Positions 11,401 to 21,193 of a stretch of 56,409 nt of DNA are shown here, piece by piece; position 1 is the stretch's first letter; every line of letters begins with the position of its first letter. Source of the DNA: a virus (lineage: Duplodnaviria > Caudoviricetes); the IMG/VR virus record IMGVR_UViG_3300023105_000040, positions 1-56,409 of that record; one strand, written 5' to 3'. Under the pieces are notes generated by a model, which worked only from the letters and a program-made list of their open reading frames with translations, did not search any database and was not told the origin of the DNA. A program made the translations under genes and the position numbers.

Positions 11401-12964
11401 AGTAGGTGGCGTTTACTACGAAGACTCAAATATACTTGGTGGAAAGCCGTCTATTATTGACGCGCATGGAGCAGATTTTATAGATCCAGACGTTTTTGTT
11501 TCTGGGTATCCCGGAGACCTTTTTGGATATTCTATAGATTATCATAGAGGGAAGCTTGTTGTGGGTTCTCCCTTCGCCGCCTATTACGAAGAACAGCCTA
11601 TTAGTTGGAGCGGTGTTGTTCAAGAAACAGAAAGTTACACACAGCCGTTTGGTACTATTACCAGCAGAAATGGTGGCGCTGGATCAGTTTACATTTATGA
11701 AAAAACAGGAGAAGGAGTAACACTTTCTGGTCGCGGAATACCTTGGCAATTTATTTCTAAATTAAGACCAAAGAGCATCGGCGTTGGTCAAGACTTAGAT
11801 AGCTCAATAGAATCTAAACTTATAGAACATTTGGGCGAAAACGATTATTCCTTAGATGATCTTTTAAAGTATTCAACCTTTACTGACCAGTTTGGAAGTT
11901 TCGTAAAAATTTATAGTGATCTACTTGCCGTAGGAGCGCCGGGACACGACTATTCTATCAATGTAGATCTGTCCAGCACAACCATTATCGAAGGGGCTTT
12001 TGAGTTTAAGTCTTTTAATTTTGAATATGACGCTCAAGCCAGAGAGCTTATAGACTTGGGTGATCCAGAGGTTAGAGATTTAATTGGTATCATTAGTGGT
12101 GTCATGAACAATGGCGCTGTTTACACATTTGAAAACAAAATTACTAATGCTAAAACAAAAGAACAATCTTGGACCTTGGTTGAAAAGCTTATACCTGATG
12201 GTTACAAGTCCAGATTACAACAAAGCTACGACGAAGTATCTCAAGTTGTCGCTTCTGGCACAGAGAATGAGCATTTCGGAAGAAACATAGCTCTTTTTAG
12301 GCCTAAGCGAACAGATGCCGATTACACAATAGCAATTGGAACCCCTAATCATAAATTTGCAACGAGTGGCACACACATTTCTGGAGACTTGGAGAAAGCT
12401 GGAGCCGCTTTTCTTTTTGATGCTATGCTTAGAGATACTCCCCCATTTGTTCCAGATGAACAATGCTTTATGAACGCTAGTGTATTTGGTTATCCAAACC
12501 AAAAGGTAAGTCTTAGCATTGACAATAGCACTTTAGACACAACTTATCACACAACTGGATTTATTTATAGTAATACAGAAGGAGAAATCTTTATAGAGGC
12601 TTCTGGTCAAGATAGTAATCTTAAGGGTTTTTCAATACACAGACCTGTAATAAAGGCTGTCTACGGCAGGGTTGCAGACGATGAAGGAGATATAGAATCT
12701 CAATCATTATCACTATATACAAAATCTGTTTTAGGCCTTTCTAGCGTCGATATTCCGCTTTATTGTAGTGTTCCAGACAATTCTAATGTGTATAATACTT
12801 TAGGATTAAGTACAATAGCGCTTGGGAACATACGGGAAGGAAACGATATAAACTTATACGCTCATTGCCCTTCTGGTACAAATAGTGTTGCTTATGTTGG
12901 TTTATTTACTGGCGGCATAAGTTCTACTGATATTAATTTTTCATTATTTTCTTCTGGGTATTAA
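5477..12964 (+). CDS. Giant virion protein with FG-GAP (integrin-alpha-like) beta-propeller repeats
   Basis: 2495-aa ORF with seven FG-x-S...(A/V)(V/I)G(S/A/T)P...G(A/S)V(Y/F) motifs. RBS AGGA upstream. Confidence 0.7.
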   Translation: MAGFNLFVGGDYYQKDDINLFVNGKEYSYDQLNLYHSGQTPPEYEMNLYASGDNVYYSSMSLHTLTTFSFNNPFINQDDDDGGGEGGGDGDGGGDNNLDPFDYMPIFVNGAENILSDEDNPYLNLFVAKDNPPGLPVDNLLHLSIDVADYSVSDSSLMLSLWQLEFSRTPVETSSCSLYISGFFQEAPAAEGMSLYIENYVSFQNISDSLGLFLANNYLIKWDSYDFGLNSEPNDDVYATVPATDAIRGVQLICYGGCGQGTCEDVSVETHDTVWFDPVCVDGGILRASDVYTNLDINAFGSEVPYSGHFYGFRKLDKLLPLQKYFINIIGQSGSSAKITAPKELASWEYTIDGSDVAYSGLKLIGDSPFVQNGRNAGDQYGSSLSMNGDLLAVGSPHFSFQDELGYTLQDAGTVFLYRRGPEPDFDQIVSNKAGWYLEGQLRLPSGILRDYYTDTPTTQEDGIDIILRNWNLGQEGRNFGNNIHICSVPNDDPWINSDNREIIAVSAPNAQWSRTFPDLQVQSNDIIFFVFTDEFLPSFTVTIRGEEYTLTYRDIVKSITSKNLLYTYYSLPTISLNINIVIFHPIDPDIQPSPSFPEPQPSFIVKKPITRHREEAYGSQEFLDIDDEILDQIKNAFYELYPYDTNKQHNNIPAILGVYVDNSRSLGSSAIEPALSRFKEHYQEYAFQSGVTDVFGNPSSGAVLSTTSLDENWILQTTTVIDFTLDSGRLATNNHLSLLTDPSTFGVFNENLPEFNIPPSSGGCVYLFEKESDSWNLIQQINSPTEDNTITPDLFGKSIKMSEDGSILAIGSPYINEAIMVYERDPREQHRMYSNIESWVDYHLEKDELNERYAYLKFTIENLRASGNFIDGDSGVYRSLFFELSHQEKYDYRHDVDFWGDKPIQEYKHNFTYSYTDIDYKGTYLSLLEEFAPTSRMGYSVAVEDAGESVAFGCPTDSLDELDDTNSYYNPDNSGQILWPSYVNAGAVRVLDSIKYFRHNRVVEYSKFGNKDKALYEQSFPESFDHFSNLFSPSGISFNRTDFSDFEIPEDAGMLMIICPEVDFSNIEVMNRIKNWLNLGDRNLVLVGNDGNFEQAGRFNQSNPILNNILSKLDSSMRLVNTPNTESAALSTQGSCPLRPNILPSFRPENSIDTYVDTSANIFGNGVADIRIHAPDVYEYYTCSEYYRQHNDYCSPPLTHSGDLRTNWNSEDGVMNWPNLFAERFPGKQPPVPLMVAGYYKEPQVVNIPAIPPTSGLFQYYDYVQTDVSPAYGNLTTGEIEFGWTEELELYNSLNTNVNLNSNTNKFFNPPYKMGLNPILQSKSSNGIDTTLGEVVVSDACHLAASESIPETKNSQLFLIGTLATENLEILYTGLGDKNINFYFNMVAKNRFGSSYVAQINSWAGRSGFKDANPDSIIELVLRNTGNTVSTNVSLSQLISGHPNGNRYDVCWVANPLNAPSDQEIETLKKWLNQEDKKIIVTYDNEISAKNAEILLEKLGLTMKPLYLTNKSRYAHNTQDVDYNNRNFYFLQRFETSLSRFYPDINPYNYRARYGFIPSRDDIYEITLDTRTSNFIPINLQNGTAIASLNHGIVDDKFYDLGFYYMKSGTARISFPVRPNTAYRVFLDTAAYSFYEKEPLTVYVTNCNALPSFTSPFIPPDQDIYNLNSDDTFSSVFHGPVGVISQIGGRSQDTLLKSNIIEFHTLPGVDEVSFFISGNSSRVGFKYDEAPSTVALVGISGALVDVIESPLMSRVPRYEWEITDPGSEAFTTTVEFPDPFPMNSNSNKYCPGNVDFFRLDDCSNIFEDAKINDGPVVVAQELYYGSPTRQGINQSRITLISDASIIEGPCIFRSGEVIEENANFIRSLYPDTVFPENENSKLFSATSVTKIIAPERSSPARLFANIGNSGLIERFIPENNPIVNSGNNLYMFNETLNYETAQRPDLTSENSSAVFSKFRDSQNFYGSNSKFNQEVGGVYYEDSNILGGKPSIIDAHGADFIDPDVFVSGYPGDLFGYSIDYHRGKLVVGSPFAAYYEEQPISWSGVVQETESYTQPFGTITSRNGGAGSVYIYEKTGEGVTLSGRGIPWQFISKLRPKSIGVGQDLDSSIESKLIEHLGENDYSLDDLLKYSTFTDQFGSFVKIYSDLLAVGAPGHDYSINVDLSSTTIIEGAFEFKSFNFEYDAQARELIDLGDPEVRDLIGIISGVMNNGAVYTFENKITNAKTKEQSWTLVEKLIPDGYKSRLQQSYDEVSQVVASGTENEHFGRNIALFRPKRTDADYTIAIGTPNHKFATSGTHISGDLEKAGAAFLFDAMLRDTPPFVPDEQCFMNASVFGYPNQKVSLSIDNSTLDTTYHTTGFIYSNTEGEIFIEASGQDSNLKGFSIHRPVIKAVYGRVADDEGDIESQSLSLYTKSVLGLSSVDIPLYCSVPDNSNVYNTLGLSTIALGNIREGNDINLYAHCPSGTNSVAYVGLFTGGISSTDINFSLFSSGY

Positions 12965-12965
12965 T

Positions 12966-14504
12966 ATGTCCTGTGAACAAGAGATTAAATTTTCTCAATC
13001 AAGTGCAGCTGGGTCTTCAGCTTCTAACTCCGCAGCTATTATAGTTAACAAAAGAACCGGTGGAGGCTTCTACATAACACCACCCCCGCAAATAGGTTGG
13101 TCTGAAAATCCTGTAATTCAAGGAAATCATCTCCTTGGATACGAAACTACTGTTACTTTGTCCTGCTTTGCTGTTGGCTGTAGCTCAACGTCTAATTTGG
13201 GGCAGTTAGTTAGTGTTCAAAGCTTTTTTGAAGATGCGACTACTTTAGAAGTAAGATCTTCAGCCTCTCAGTCTGGTGGTACTACTACTTTTAATATAAC
13301 TAATCCAAGGGTTTCAGTTCAGCCTTCTAATTTTGCAGGTGTTACTAGGTATGATATTGTCTTTGATTCTTTTAGCCCATCTGACTCTACCAAGGGGGCT
13401 ATTACTAGCGAGACGCACGGAAATACCAGCAACAAGGTGGCAATACCCTTAGCTTCTTTTTCAGACGTTTTTTCTTATGAACCAGATGATTCGCTTGGTA
13501 AACTTTATGACGATCCGGGCGCTCAGGTATATAGATTTACTAGAACCTGTAGCGCTAAAGGCAGGCCAGCCGTTGGCGCTGACGTTAATAACTCATCAAC
13601 CTTTTATGCAAATGCATGTAGTGGCGTTAAAGCTTTTGTAGACAGCAGGATGGCTATAAATGAATATTCACCATACGTTGTTACAGATCATTATAAGTAC
13701 ATTCAAGGTGCTTCCATAATGCGAATGTCTACCGCTGTTAATATAGACTTAGCAGAATTGAGCTATTCAGTCACTATTAATGGGTACTGGGCCAATAGTT
13801 CTGGCGGCACTCTAAAACAACTGGGAGCGTTTGAAACTTTTAACACTACGGTTCAAAATGACGCAAGCTCAAGATTAGTTTCCGTAACCGTAGATGGAAA
13901 ACTTAATGGATATTCAATAGGAGCGCCAACCGATTCTAGACAATCTGTTCTGGCGGGAGCTGGAGGTGGCGCTCAAGATGTATTAAATCGTATTTCTGGC
14001 AATGGTAGCTATGGAATGGGTTCGGTTGTTTACTCTAGGGCGCAAAGCGCCTGCGGTTCTGTTCTAAACGCTATCCCTAAAAGTATTTCTGTTGCAGATT
14101 CAGCCAGCGCTGATGGTGCTATTAGCTACAACATTACCTATGACAATAGACCCACAAATGTGGTTACTGGATCTATTTCTGAAAGTATCAGCGTTTCAGA
14201 TTCTTATCCTACCGATGTTTATGCTTCTATCCAGATAATGGGCAAGAGGGACGGCCCCGTATTTCAATATATGAACACGACCACAGAATATGAAAGAACT
14301 TTAAACGTAGAATTAATTATGAGCGACAACATTACCGCCAGCCCATCTGTTCACAGCGACACTAGAGATCAGATAAATAGCCTAATAAGCAATGCAGCGC
14401 CATCACCTTCATCTGCGGGATATGTAATGCTTAAGCAGGCTACAGAAAATTGGAACTCTACTGAAGGTCAATATTCACTAAACATGTCTTGGGCTTATAA
14501 ATGA
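12966..14504 (+). CDS. Putative tail structural protein
   Basis: 512-aa Ser/Thr/Gly beta-rich ORF tightly coupled within the structural operon; no enzyme motifs. Confidence 0.5.
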   Translation: MSCEQEIKFSQSSAAGSSASNSAAIIVNKRTGGGFYITPPPQIGWSENPVIQGNHLLGYETTVTLSCFAVGCSSTSNLGQLVSVQSFFEDATTLEVRSSASQSGGTTTFNITNPRVSVQPSNFAGVTRYDIVFDSFSPSDSTKGAITSETHGNTSNKVAIPLASFSDVFSYEPDDSLGKLYDDPGAQVYRFTRTCSAKGRPAVGADVNNSSTFYANACSGVKAFVDSRMAINEYSPYVVTDHYKYIQGASIMRMSTAVNIDLAELSYSVTINGYWANSSGGTLKQLGAFETFNTTVQNDASSRLVSVTVDGKLNGYSIGAPTDSRQSVLAGAGGGAQDVLNRISGNGSYGMGSVVYSRAQSACGSVLNAIPKSISVADSASADGAISYNITYDNRPTNVVTGSISESISVSDSYPTDVYASIQIMGKRDGPVFQYMNTTTEYERTLNVELIMSDNITASPSVHSDTRDQINSLISNAAPSPSSAGYVMLKQATENWNSTEGQYSLNMSWAYK

Positions 14505-15298
14505 CTCTTCCCACTTCTTCATTCCCTCCGCTTGATACTTCCTACTTAGAGGAAGTGATACTACATTACGAAGATGGTATATACCCATCTGATCATGTTT
14601 CTGAAATTGGGAATTTTGATAATACTGATCAGAAAAATGCGTTAAAGCTTAGTATTTCTTTTAACAACTATAGAACATACCTAGAAGATTATATAGACTT
14701 TGATGAGTTTAACGTTCTTTACAGTGGAGGAATACCGTCATTCGCTTCTACAACCTTTGGATTATTAAGAGGAAATACTGGTTCAGATAAATTTAATCTG
14801 GAAAGCCTTCAAGACTATAACGATCCCTCTGACGACACTGTTAAGGGAAAATTTAATACCAAGTCAGAGTTTGAGTCGGCTCAACAACTGTCTGATCTAG
14901 ATTATTATTATAGTAGTTTTTCTTATATGGAAATGTCGGACGGTGTTCAGGCTCCAGTTCGTCGTGATGTAAATATGACACATTTTGGTTTGGATGACGT
15001 TGTGGTCGTGGAGACACACTCTAGTGCTGAAAATTTTAATAGACCAAATTATTCACCCACCAATATTCCAGAAAATACTTCAGATTCTGGAGGTTCTGTT
15101 TTTGATCCAGATTATTTTAATCCAGACAGATACCCCACTGGACCTTCTGACGATTACAAATCACCAAGCTCACCATCTGGTCAATCAGGTGACAATAACC
15201 AAGATGATCAGGATCAAGATGATGACACAGGAAACTTCGATATGATGCCACCTCCCCAAACGGCTACACTGTTTATATCTTCAGCGCCCTCTAACTAG
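14501..15298 (+). CDS. Acidic hypothetical virion protein
   Basis: 265-aa ORF with ATGA overlap to the upstream gene and an Asp-rich disordered C-terminus. Confidence 0.5.
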   Translation: MTLPTSSFPPLDTSYLEEVILHYEDGIYPSDHVSEIGNFDNTDQKNALKLSISFNNYRTYLEDYIDFDEFNVLYSGGIPSFASTTFGLLRGNTGSDKFNLESLQDYNDPSDDTVKGKFNTKSEFESAQQLSDLDYYYSSFSYMEMSDGVQAPVRRDVNMTHFGLDDVVVVETHSSAENFNRPNYSPTNIPENTSDSGGSVFDPDYFNPDRYPTGPSDDYKSPSSPSGQSGDNNQDDQDQDDDTGNFDMMPPPQTATLFISSAPSN

Positions 15299-15306
15299 GA
15301 TCTTAT

Positions 15307-18300
15307 ATGTCTACTAATTCAACAGATTCCGTTGTGAAAGATTGGACTGGACCTCTTGATAATTCTCTTGCAACAAGAGAGTCGGTTAGAAGTACGGGTG
15401 GTTTTTTCCCGGAACAGCAAACTTTTCTCGGCGCAACTATAAAATCGTTTAGCGCTCAAGCTGGTGGAGGGTCTTCACCGACTACTCTGAATGTAGAACT
15501 TGTAGTTGATCCCAATGGAACTAATCCAACAATAGATGATCCATCAAAGTCTAAGGGTGTTTATGATCCATACCACAGCGGAACTGATTCTTTTTCTCCT
15601 CCGGGTGTTGGAATGCCTGTATTTTTTGTTTATTCTAATCCCAGAGTTACTATTAGAGAAGCATTCGAAGGCAGTAGTGCTGGCTCTGTGTTAAAATTTG
15701 GCGGGCTATTACAATCATTTCATAGTACCAGTAGTATATCTGGGCATTCATATTCTGTCACCGTTGTTGACCCAAGAGAAATCTTGTCTAACATTTACTT
15801 AATACTGAACCATTCTGATGACAGGGTTGGACAAATAGAGAATAATGTTTACAATGTTTTTGGCTTCCTTGAATATAATCCAACAAAAAGCACAAGAGAT
15901 ATCTTTAAAAGCTATAGTAAAAATATTGCCTCTAGAGGCCCAAACGGTTTAGCTGGTGATGACATGTACTACTCTGGCGCTGCTGCTGCTGGAGATCCAT
16001 ATTTCAGCAATCCCGGATATCAAAATAAATTTCCAGTAACCGGAACGGCAATGTCTAGAAGAAGTGCTTCGGGTATTCCTTATTACAGAATAATGCAAGC
16101 ACTTGCAGCAATGAATGGTGCTTTACCCAATAGTGAATACTCTGGATTTTCTGGCGGTATTTTTTATAGAGGCCTTAGTTATTATGTTAGCTTCTATAAC
16201 TTGCCCCCTTTAGATCCTCTATATTTTTTCGATCAAGACAATATAGACTTACTTGCTTTTGTTATGGAAATTGCTGAAAGCTGTGGGTATGAAATTGATG
16301 TTTCCCTAAGCCCTTATTTTGGAAATGAGACCGGTGTTGGTGGAACAATTAGTATCAATTTTATTAATCGATCTAACGAAAGTTCCATTGGTCAAATAAA
16401 TAGTTTTATCAACAACGCTGGCAACTTTCCATCTCATACTAGCGATGACGGAAATACATATTCATTATTAGAAAAAACTGACATTGGATATGAATTAACA
16501 AATCCAACTACTAGTAAAGTTTTGTTTGGTGCTAATCGAGTTGATTTATATGCTTTTACTTCTAGTCACGATGGTGGATCTTATCACGGAGGTGGTGGTG
16601 CTGGCAACCTTGATCAGATTATTCCATTTTATGGAACCTTAAGCGGAAATGTTGTTGTTCCAGTTAAGGGTAGTGGTCCTTGGAAACAGATATTACTAGA
16701 CAGTAGCGGGGTTGGCGCTTTCGGTGTAGGAAATTATTATGTCGCCACAGAAACAGAATTAAGATACGCCTTAAAAGGATTTAAAGCTTGGAAAAACTTT
16801 TTAGAATTCTACAACGCAAGATTCTTGGAAGTTGTTAACAAAAATCCTAAATATTCTGAAACCTTAATGGGTGCTGGAATTCAGGTTACAGATGACGAAA
16901 ATGGAACGCACACAAAGGGGCTTAAAGCACCTAGATGTTTATTCACGAACGATGCTGGCTATGGTGCTGGCGGCATGTTGCTTAACCCCTGTTGTCCACC
17001 GTTCGGCTATCCCCTTTACTACAACAGAGCTGTTGCTTTAGGTTTAACCGTTAAGAAAGTTTTTGACGAAAGAGCTAGCGTGGTGGCAGATCTTAGAGTA
17101 TTAAGCAGTCTGGAAGGCTCTTCAAACCCTGCTGGTGTTGCTCAAGTTGTTAACTCTTTGTTGGAAAAATATAAACAGTTAAGAAAAGTTAGAAAATTGA
17201 GCCAAGCTGAGAATGATGCAGTTAAAGTTATCAGCAGTCAAGGCGCAGGCGTAGACGCAGCTTATCTAGATAGTATTATTTCTTCTATGACTGGTCAGAT
17301 GGTTATTGTGAAGAAAAATGTAGAAACAAGAAAAGAAAATGCTCAAAAAGTATTCAATTTTGTAAAGAGTGTTGCAGAAGAATGTTACGGAAAAAAATGG
17401 CTAGTTAGATTGCCTCCAAAGCCAAATTACAAATTTGGCGCTCCTAAGCTTTCGGCAGACAAAAGAACTTATGAAGAAGGCCCGTTTGGCTTCTATCCTG
17501 TTGGCAATGGAGATTTAGGTGCTGCTGCTAATAATGGTTCTTTTGTTGAAGCGTCTAACAATCCAGTTTTTACTGCTGCTCAATCTCAATTTAAATCAGG
17601 CTTTATATCAACTCACAACCCAATAGATGACAGCCTAAACTATAACTATATTCCAGATAGTACTGGGGGTTTTGTTAGCCTAGATGTTTACAACCTTGGC
17701 GTTACTTCCGCTCTAATGCCAGCAAATTTACAAGGCTTTGGGTCTAACTACAGAATTAAAGCATATGTTCGATATGACTATGCCGAAAATCTTAATGTGT
17801 CTAGTGCTAACAGTAGAGTTTATACAGAGTCGGTAGGTACTAGAATTATTCCCCAAACAGATCCTAATAATGCTGCTCAAATGGTTGCTTTTATGCCAGC
17901 AGAATTAGACACTCAGGTTTACTATTTGCCCGTAACGCACACCAGAAGTGTTATGCAATGCAATGGCAAGAGATCGCATACATACCACATGCCATTGCCT
18001 GTTCATCTAGACGCTTCTGGAAACGTTCCCGACAACGCTGGACAATTAAAAACTAATATTCAATACGAACCTCTTTTTTCTGGTAGCAATGTCAATATTA
18101 CAGATTTTCCTAGATCTAACAACGGACAAATTATTCCTTATCCAAACCTAGATTATGCTTATGCCCTAATAACAATAGGCAGTGTCGTTTCTCCAAAAAG
18201 AGATAGTCTATCAGATATACCTAAAAAACAGAAATTTAATACTGCTGCATATCCATCTTATTTTACTGACAACGAATCTCTGGGAACAGTCACTGCTATA

Positions 18301-19290
18301 TCTGTTAATAGAAAAATAGACTTAGATAATTATGGCTCCAGTTTGACCTTTTACAATCCAGATAGGCTATTTTCAGTACCTCCCTGTGTAAAGCCAGACT
18401 TAGCAGTTTTACCTCTAGAAAATCAACAGTCTTGTTACGGACCTTGGTATAGCGGGCCTGTCAAAGTTAAAAATGCTCAAGGTCAAGATGAATATAAGTT
18501 ATTAAAAAATACTGGTGGAAAAGTTGATATCCAAACAGATGGAAGCTTGGCTCCTTGGAATTTTGGCTCTTACAGTTTAATGAACACAGCTGCCAATAGT
18601 AGAGTTTCTTTGGCTGGAACTCTATATCTCGCTTCGGAAAAAGGCTCCGTAAGCTACCCCGGTATGCCCAATGGTAATGTTGATATTGGCAGCCTGATAT
18701 CCACTGGTGGTCCAATTTTAGACAGTATTTCTCTAGACGTTGGCATAGATGGTGTGAGGTGTTCTTACAGATTTCAAACTTACAGTAGAAGTATGGCTCA
18801 CGTTCAAAGACAACAGCAGAAACAAATAGATATAGTAAAAAATCAATATCTTAAAAATAGTGCGGCCCAGTTTGATTTGTTCAGCAAGAGTTTAATTAAA
18901 AATAAATTCAGAGGAGCGCCTCCTCCCGCCCAAGTATTAAAACCTTATGTATCTGCCATAGACCCTAATTACACAAATCCGGGAACAAATAATTTATCTA
19001 TATCTAGCGTGACAGGCGCTGGCGAAGAAACTGCTCTTCAGTCTTCTGTTACCTCCTCAGAATCTATGCAAGAAGTCTTGGAGCAAGACAATGACACATT
19101 GTCTCAGTATAGAGACAGGTATAATTCTGCTTTAGAAAATCTATCAGACCAAAAAATTGCTGTCTCTCGGCAGCATCATCACTTGTTGCCTTCAATGAGG
19201 GCGGCTGATCTTGAGCAGCTAGAAACTCTTTATGATAGCCCGCTTGATCCATTTAATAGAGACGAACACCACATCACATACTGGAGTTAA
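15307..19290 (+). CDS. Putative tail tip/baseplate hub protein
   Basis: 1327-aa ORF with a hub-like N-terminus (TTLNVELVVD...FGGLLQSF...YSVTVVDPREIL), a central helical region and C-terminal ISLDVGIDGVRCSYRF. Confidence 0.5.
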   Translation: MSTNSTDSVVKDWTGPLDNSLATRESVRSTGGFFPEQQTFLGATIKSFSAQAGGGSSPTTLNVELVVDPNGTNPTIDDPSKSKGVYDPYHSGTDSFSPPGVGMPVFFVYSNPRVTIREAFEGSSAGSVLKFGGLLQSFHSTSSISGHSYSVTVVDPREILSNIYLILNHSDDRVGQIENNVYNVFGFLEYNPTKSTRDIFKSYSKNIASRGPNGLAGDDMYYSGAAAAGDPYFSNPGYQNKFPVTGTAMSRRSASGIPYYRIMQALAAMNGALPNSEYSGFSGGIFYRGLSYYVSFYNLPPLDPLYFFDQDNIDLLAFVMEIAESCGYEIDVSLSPYFGNETGVGGTISINFINRSNESSIGQINSFINNAGNFPSHTSDDGNTYSLLEKTDIGYELTNPTTSKVLFGANRVDLYAFTSSHDGGSYHGGGGAGNLDQIIPFYGTLSGNVVVPVKGSGPWKQILLDSSGVGAFGVGNYYVATETELRYALKGFKAWKNFLEFYNARFLEVVNKNPKYSETLMGAGIQVTDDENGTHTKGLKAPRCLFTNDAGYGAGGMLLNPCCPPFGYPLYYNRAVALGLTVKKVFDERASVVADLRVLSSLEGSSNPAGVAQVVNSLLEKYKQLRKVRKLSQAENDAVKVISSQGAGVDAAYLDSIISSMTGQMVIVKKNVETRKENAQKVFNFVKSVAEECYGKKWLVRLPPKPNYKFGAPKLSADKRTYEEGPFGFYPVGNGDLGAAANNGSFVEASNNPVFTAAQSQFKSGFISTHNPIDDSLNYNYIPDSTGGFVSLDVYNLGVTSALMPANLQGFGSNYRIKAYVRYDYAENLNVSSANSRVYTESVGTRIIPQTDPNNAAQMVAFMPAELDTQVYYLPVTHTRSVMQCNGKRSHTYHMPLPVHLDASGNVPDNAGQLKTNIQYEPLFSGSNVNITDFPRSNNGQIIPYPNLDYAYALITIGSVVSPKRDSLSDIPKKQKFNTAAYPSYFTDNESLGTVTAISVNRKIDLDNYGSSLTFYNPDRLFSVPPCVKPDLAVLPLENQQSCYGPWYSGPVKVKNAQGQDEYKLLKNTGGKVDIQTDGSLAPWNFGSYSLMNTAANSRVSLAGTLYLASEKGSVSYPGMPNGNVDIGSLISTGGPILDSISLDVGIDGVRCSYRFQTYSRSMAHVQRQQQKQIDIVKNQYLKNSAAQFDLFSKSLIKNKFRGAPPPAQVLKPYVSAIDPNYTNPGTNNLSISSVTGAGEETALQSSVTSSESMQEVLEQDNDTLSQYRDRYNSALENLSDQKIAVSRQHHHLLPSMRAADLEQLETLYDSPLDPFNRDEHHITYWS

Positions 19291-19292
19291 AC

Positions 19293-21176
19293 ATGGGACT
19301 TAGTTCTGGGAACGCCTACTCTTCTTCAACCGAATTTCATTCTTTTGTTACTAATGACCCCAAGATGGTAGCCGTAGGTCTTGGGTCGTTTACAAAAGAT
19401 AGCTTAAACAAGGCTCTAGTAGAACTCAAAAGTTTTGAAGACGAGATAGGAGATGAAGCTTTTTTTAATGATATTAAATCGGCCAACGGGAGCAACGGTC
19501 TTCAAATCCTATTCAATACAATGAATTCGGGAACTTGGCAGGGGGGAGGTGGCTCAAAATCATCTACTGATATTATTGGATTAGTTTCTACCTTTGAGTC
19601 ACAGATTGAAGGTTTAATTGTAGAAAATAGTAACGATAAAACAGCCTCTGTCAGTAAAGTTAGGGGCGCAAAAAAGTGGTTAGAAGAGAATATAAGTCCA
19701 GTCAAAGAAGCACCTACTAGGTGCTATACTTTAATGGGTGGACTTTTTAGCAAAAACGATCCATCTGTTTATACCAATTTGTACTTCCACATACCCGGAG
19801 AGGGGGTTGATAGACAAGAAAGAGTAACCGCACAAAAAGGTTCTCAAATTATTTCAGACGTTGCGGTTTCTGCCACTGGACTTAAGTATTCTAAATCAAA
19901 AACTGACGCAGCAAGATCTTCGCTACATGCTGGAGTTTATGTTAAGCCAGAAGATATGTCTGGAAATTCTATTAATGATTTAGCTACTGGCAAAATAAGA
20001 CTTTCTTATAATGACTCTCTAGGAGCTTGGGAATCGACACAAACCATTTTGGCCAGACTTATAACTCCCGTTGCTGCCGCTGGCAACACCGCCTTCCAGA
20101 TGCCAGACGAAGACAGTGATGGCTTTTTACAAAACGACTCAGATGGAGACTTATTTTACTCTAGAGGATCTGAATACTATACAGGTAATTTTGCTTCAGG
20201 GCTAGCTGTTCCAGTTTCAGCTCAGGACGGAAATCCAAATCTATTCGGTCCTAATCTTATTATTGAATATAATGCGAAGAGAGTAGAAAAAATTAGAGTT
20301 GTTAATAGGTCGGAAAAATCATTTACTGCTGGAACTCTTGTTATGTGTACCCTAATAGGTGCAGAATGGATCATTCAAGAGTTCAGCATTGCTGGCGAAG
20401 GCCTTCCCACAAAAATGGGAGCTTGGACATTTTCAAAATTAATTGCTAATTCAGATGCTTTTTTTAGAGATGCTGCTATGTCTAATGAAATGTGGAGCGC
20501 TGGAAAATACGAGTATAAAGCTAGGCAGAATTGGTATTTCTCTTGGAAGAACGGTGTTGCTGGCGGTAGTTCTTCTATGCTTCCTTTTCATGATGCTACT
20601 GAAATAATGTCCTTAAATGATGGATCTAATGTCAGCTTTAATCCTAGTCTTGGATATTTTGTAGCATCTTCTTTTGATAGCGCTAAATATATTCAGTATA
20701 CCAATGTTACTACTGCTATGGCCGCATTTACCACTGACGCTCTTATGGGATCTCACTTAAAAAATTGGTGGGGGCCAAGCTTTCCAGATGGTTATCAGGC
20801 TTCATTGGCCGCTGGGGTTAATAACTCTGGACCGGCTGGTATCAATAGCGATTTGTATTTTCCCGGATATAGTTTCAATGGACCTAGAGAAGATACTCCA
20901 GCAGACATGGCGGTAAATGGCTATTATAGCGATGATAATAGTAGCTCTCCAATATTACCTTTGGATCATTGGCAATCTCTTTTAAATAGCAATACTTTGT
21001 ATTCAGCTGCTTCACAATATAGGTCTGACATATCTAGTTCTCCAACCGTTGCGCAAAGTAGAGGACTTACGCCCGCCAATCCAAATCATATACAATTTTC
21101 TCCTCTTCCAGCAGAAATGGTTATACATTCTGACCCCTACGCTTCAAGTTTGGGGGAGGAGGCGGGGCAATTTTAA
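19293..21176 (+). CDS. Virion protein, N-terminal part (probably continues by -1 frameshift into the next ORF)
   Basis: 627-aa ORF that ends just after T_TTG_GGG; the -1 frame is open across the junction. Confidence 0.55.
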   Translation: MGLSSGNAYSSSTEFHSFVTNDPKMVAVGLGSFTKDSLNKALVELKSFEDEIGDEAFFNDIKSANGSNGLQILFNTMNSGTWQGGGGSKSSTDIIGLVSTFESQIEGLIVENSNDKTASVSKVRGAKKWLEENISPVKEAPTRCYTLMGGLFSKNDPSVYTNLYFHIPGEGVDRQERVTAQKGSQIISDVAVSATGLKYSKSKTDAARSSLHAGVYVKPEDMSGNSINDLATGKIRLSYNDSLGAWESTQTILARLITPVAAAGNTAFQMPDEDSDGFLQNDSDGDLFYSRGSEYYTGNFASGLAVPVSAQDGNPNLFGPNLIIEYNAKRVEKIRVVNRSEKSFTAGTLVMCTLIGAEWIIQEFSIAGEGLPTKMGAWTFSKLIANSDAFFRDAAMSNEMWSAGKYEYKARQNWYFSWKNGVAGGSSSMLPFHDATEIMSLNDGSNVSFNPSLGYFVASSFDSAKYIQYTNVTTAMAAFTTDALMGSHLKNWWGPSFPDGYQASLAAGVNNSGPAGINSDLYFPGYSFNGPREDTPADMAVNGYYSDDNSSSPILPLDHWQSLLNSNTLYSAASQYRSDISSSPTVAQSRGLTPANPNHIQFSPLPAEMVIHSDPYASSLGEEAGQF

Positions 21177-21193
21177 GCGGTGGGCAGGGAGGC

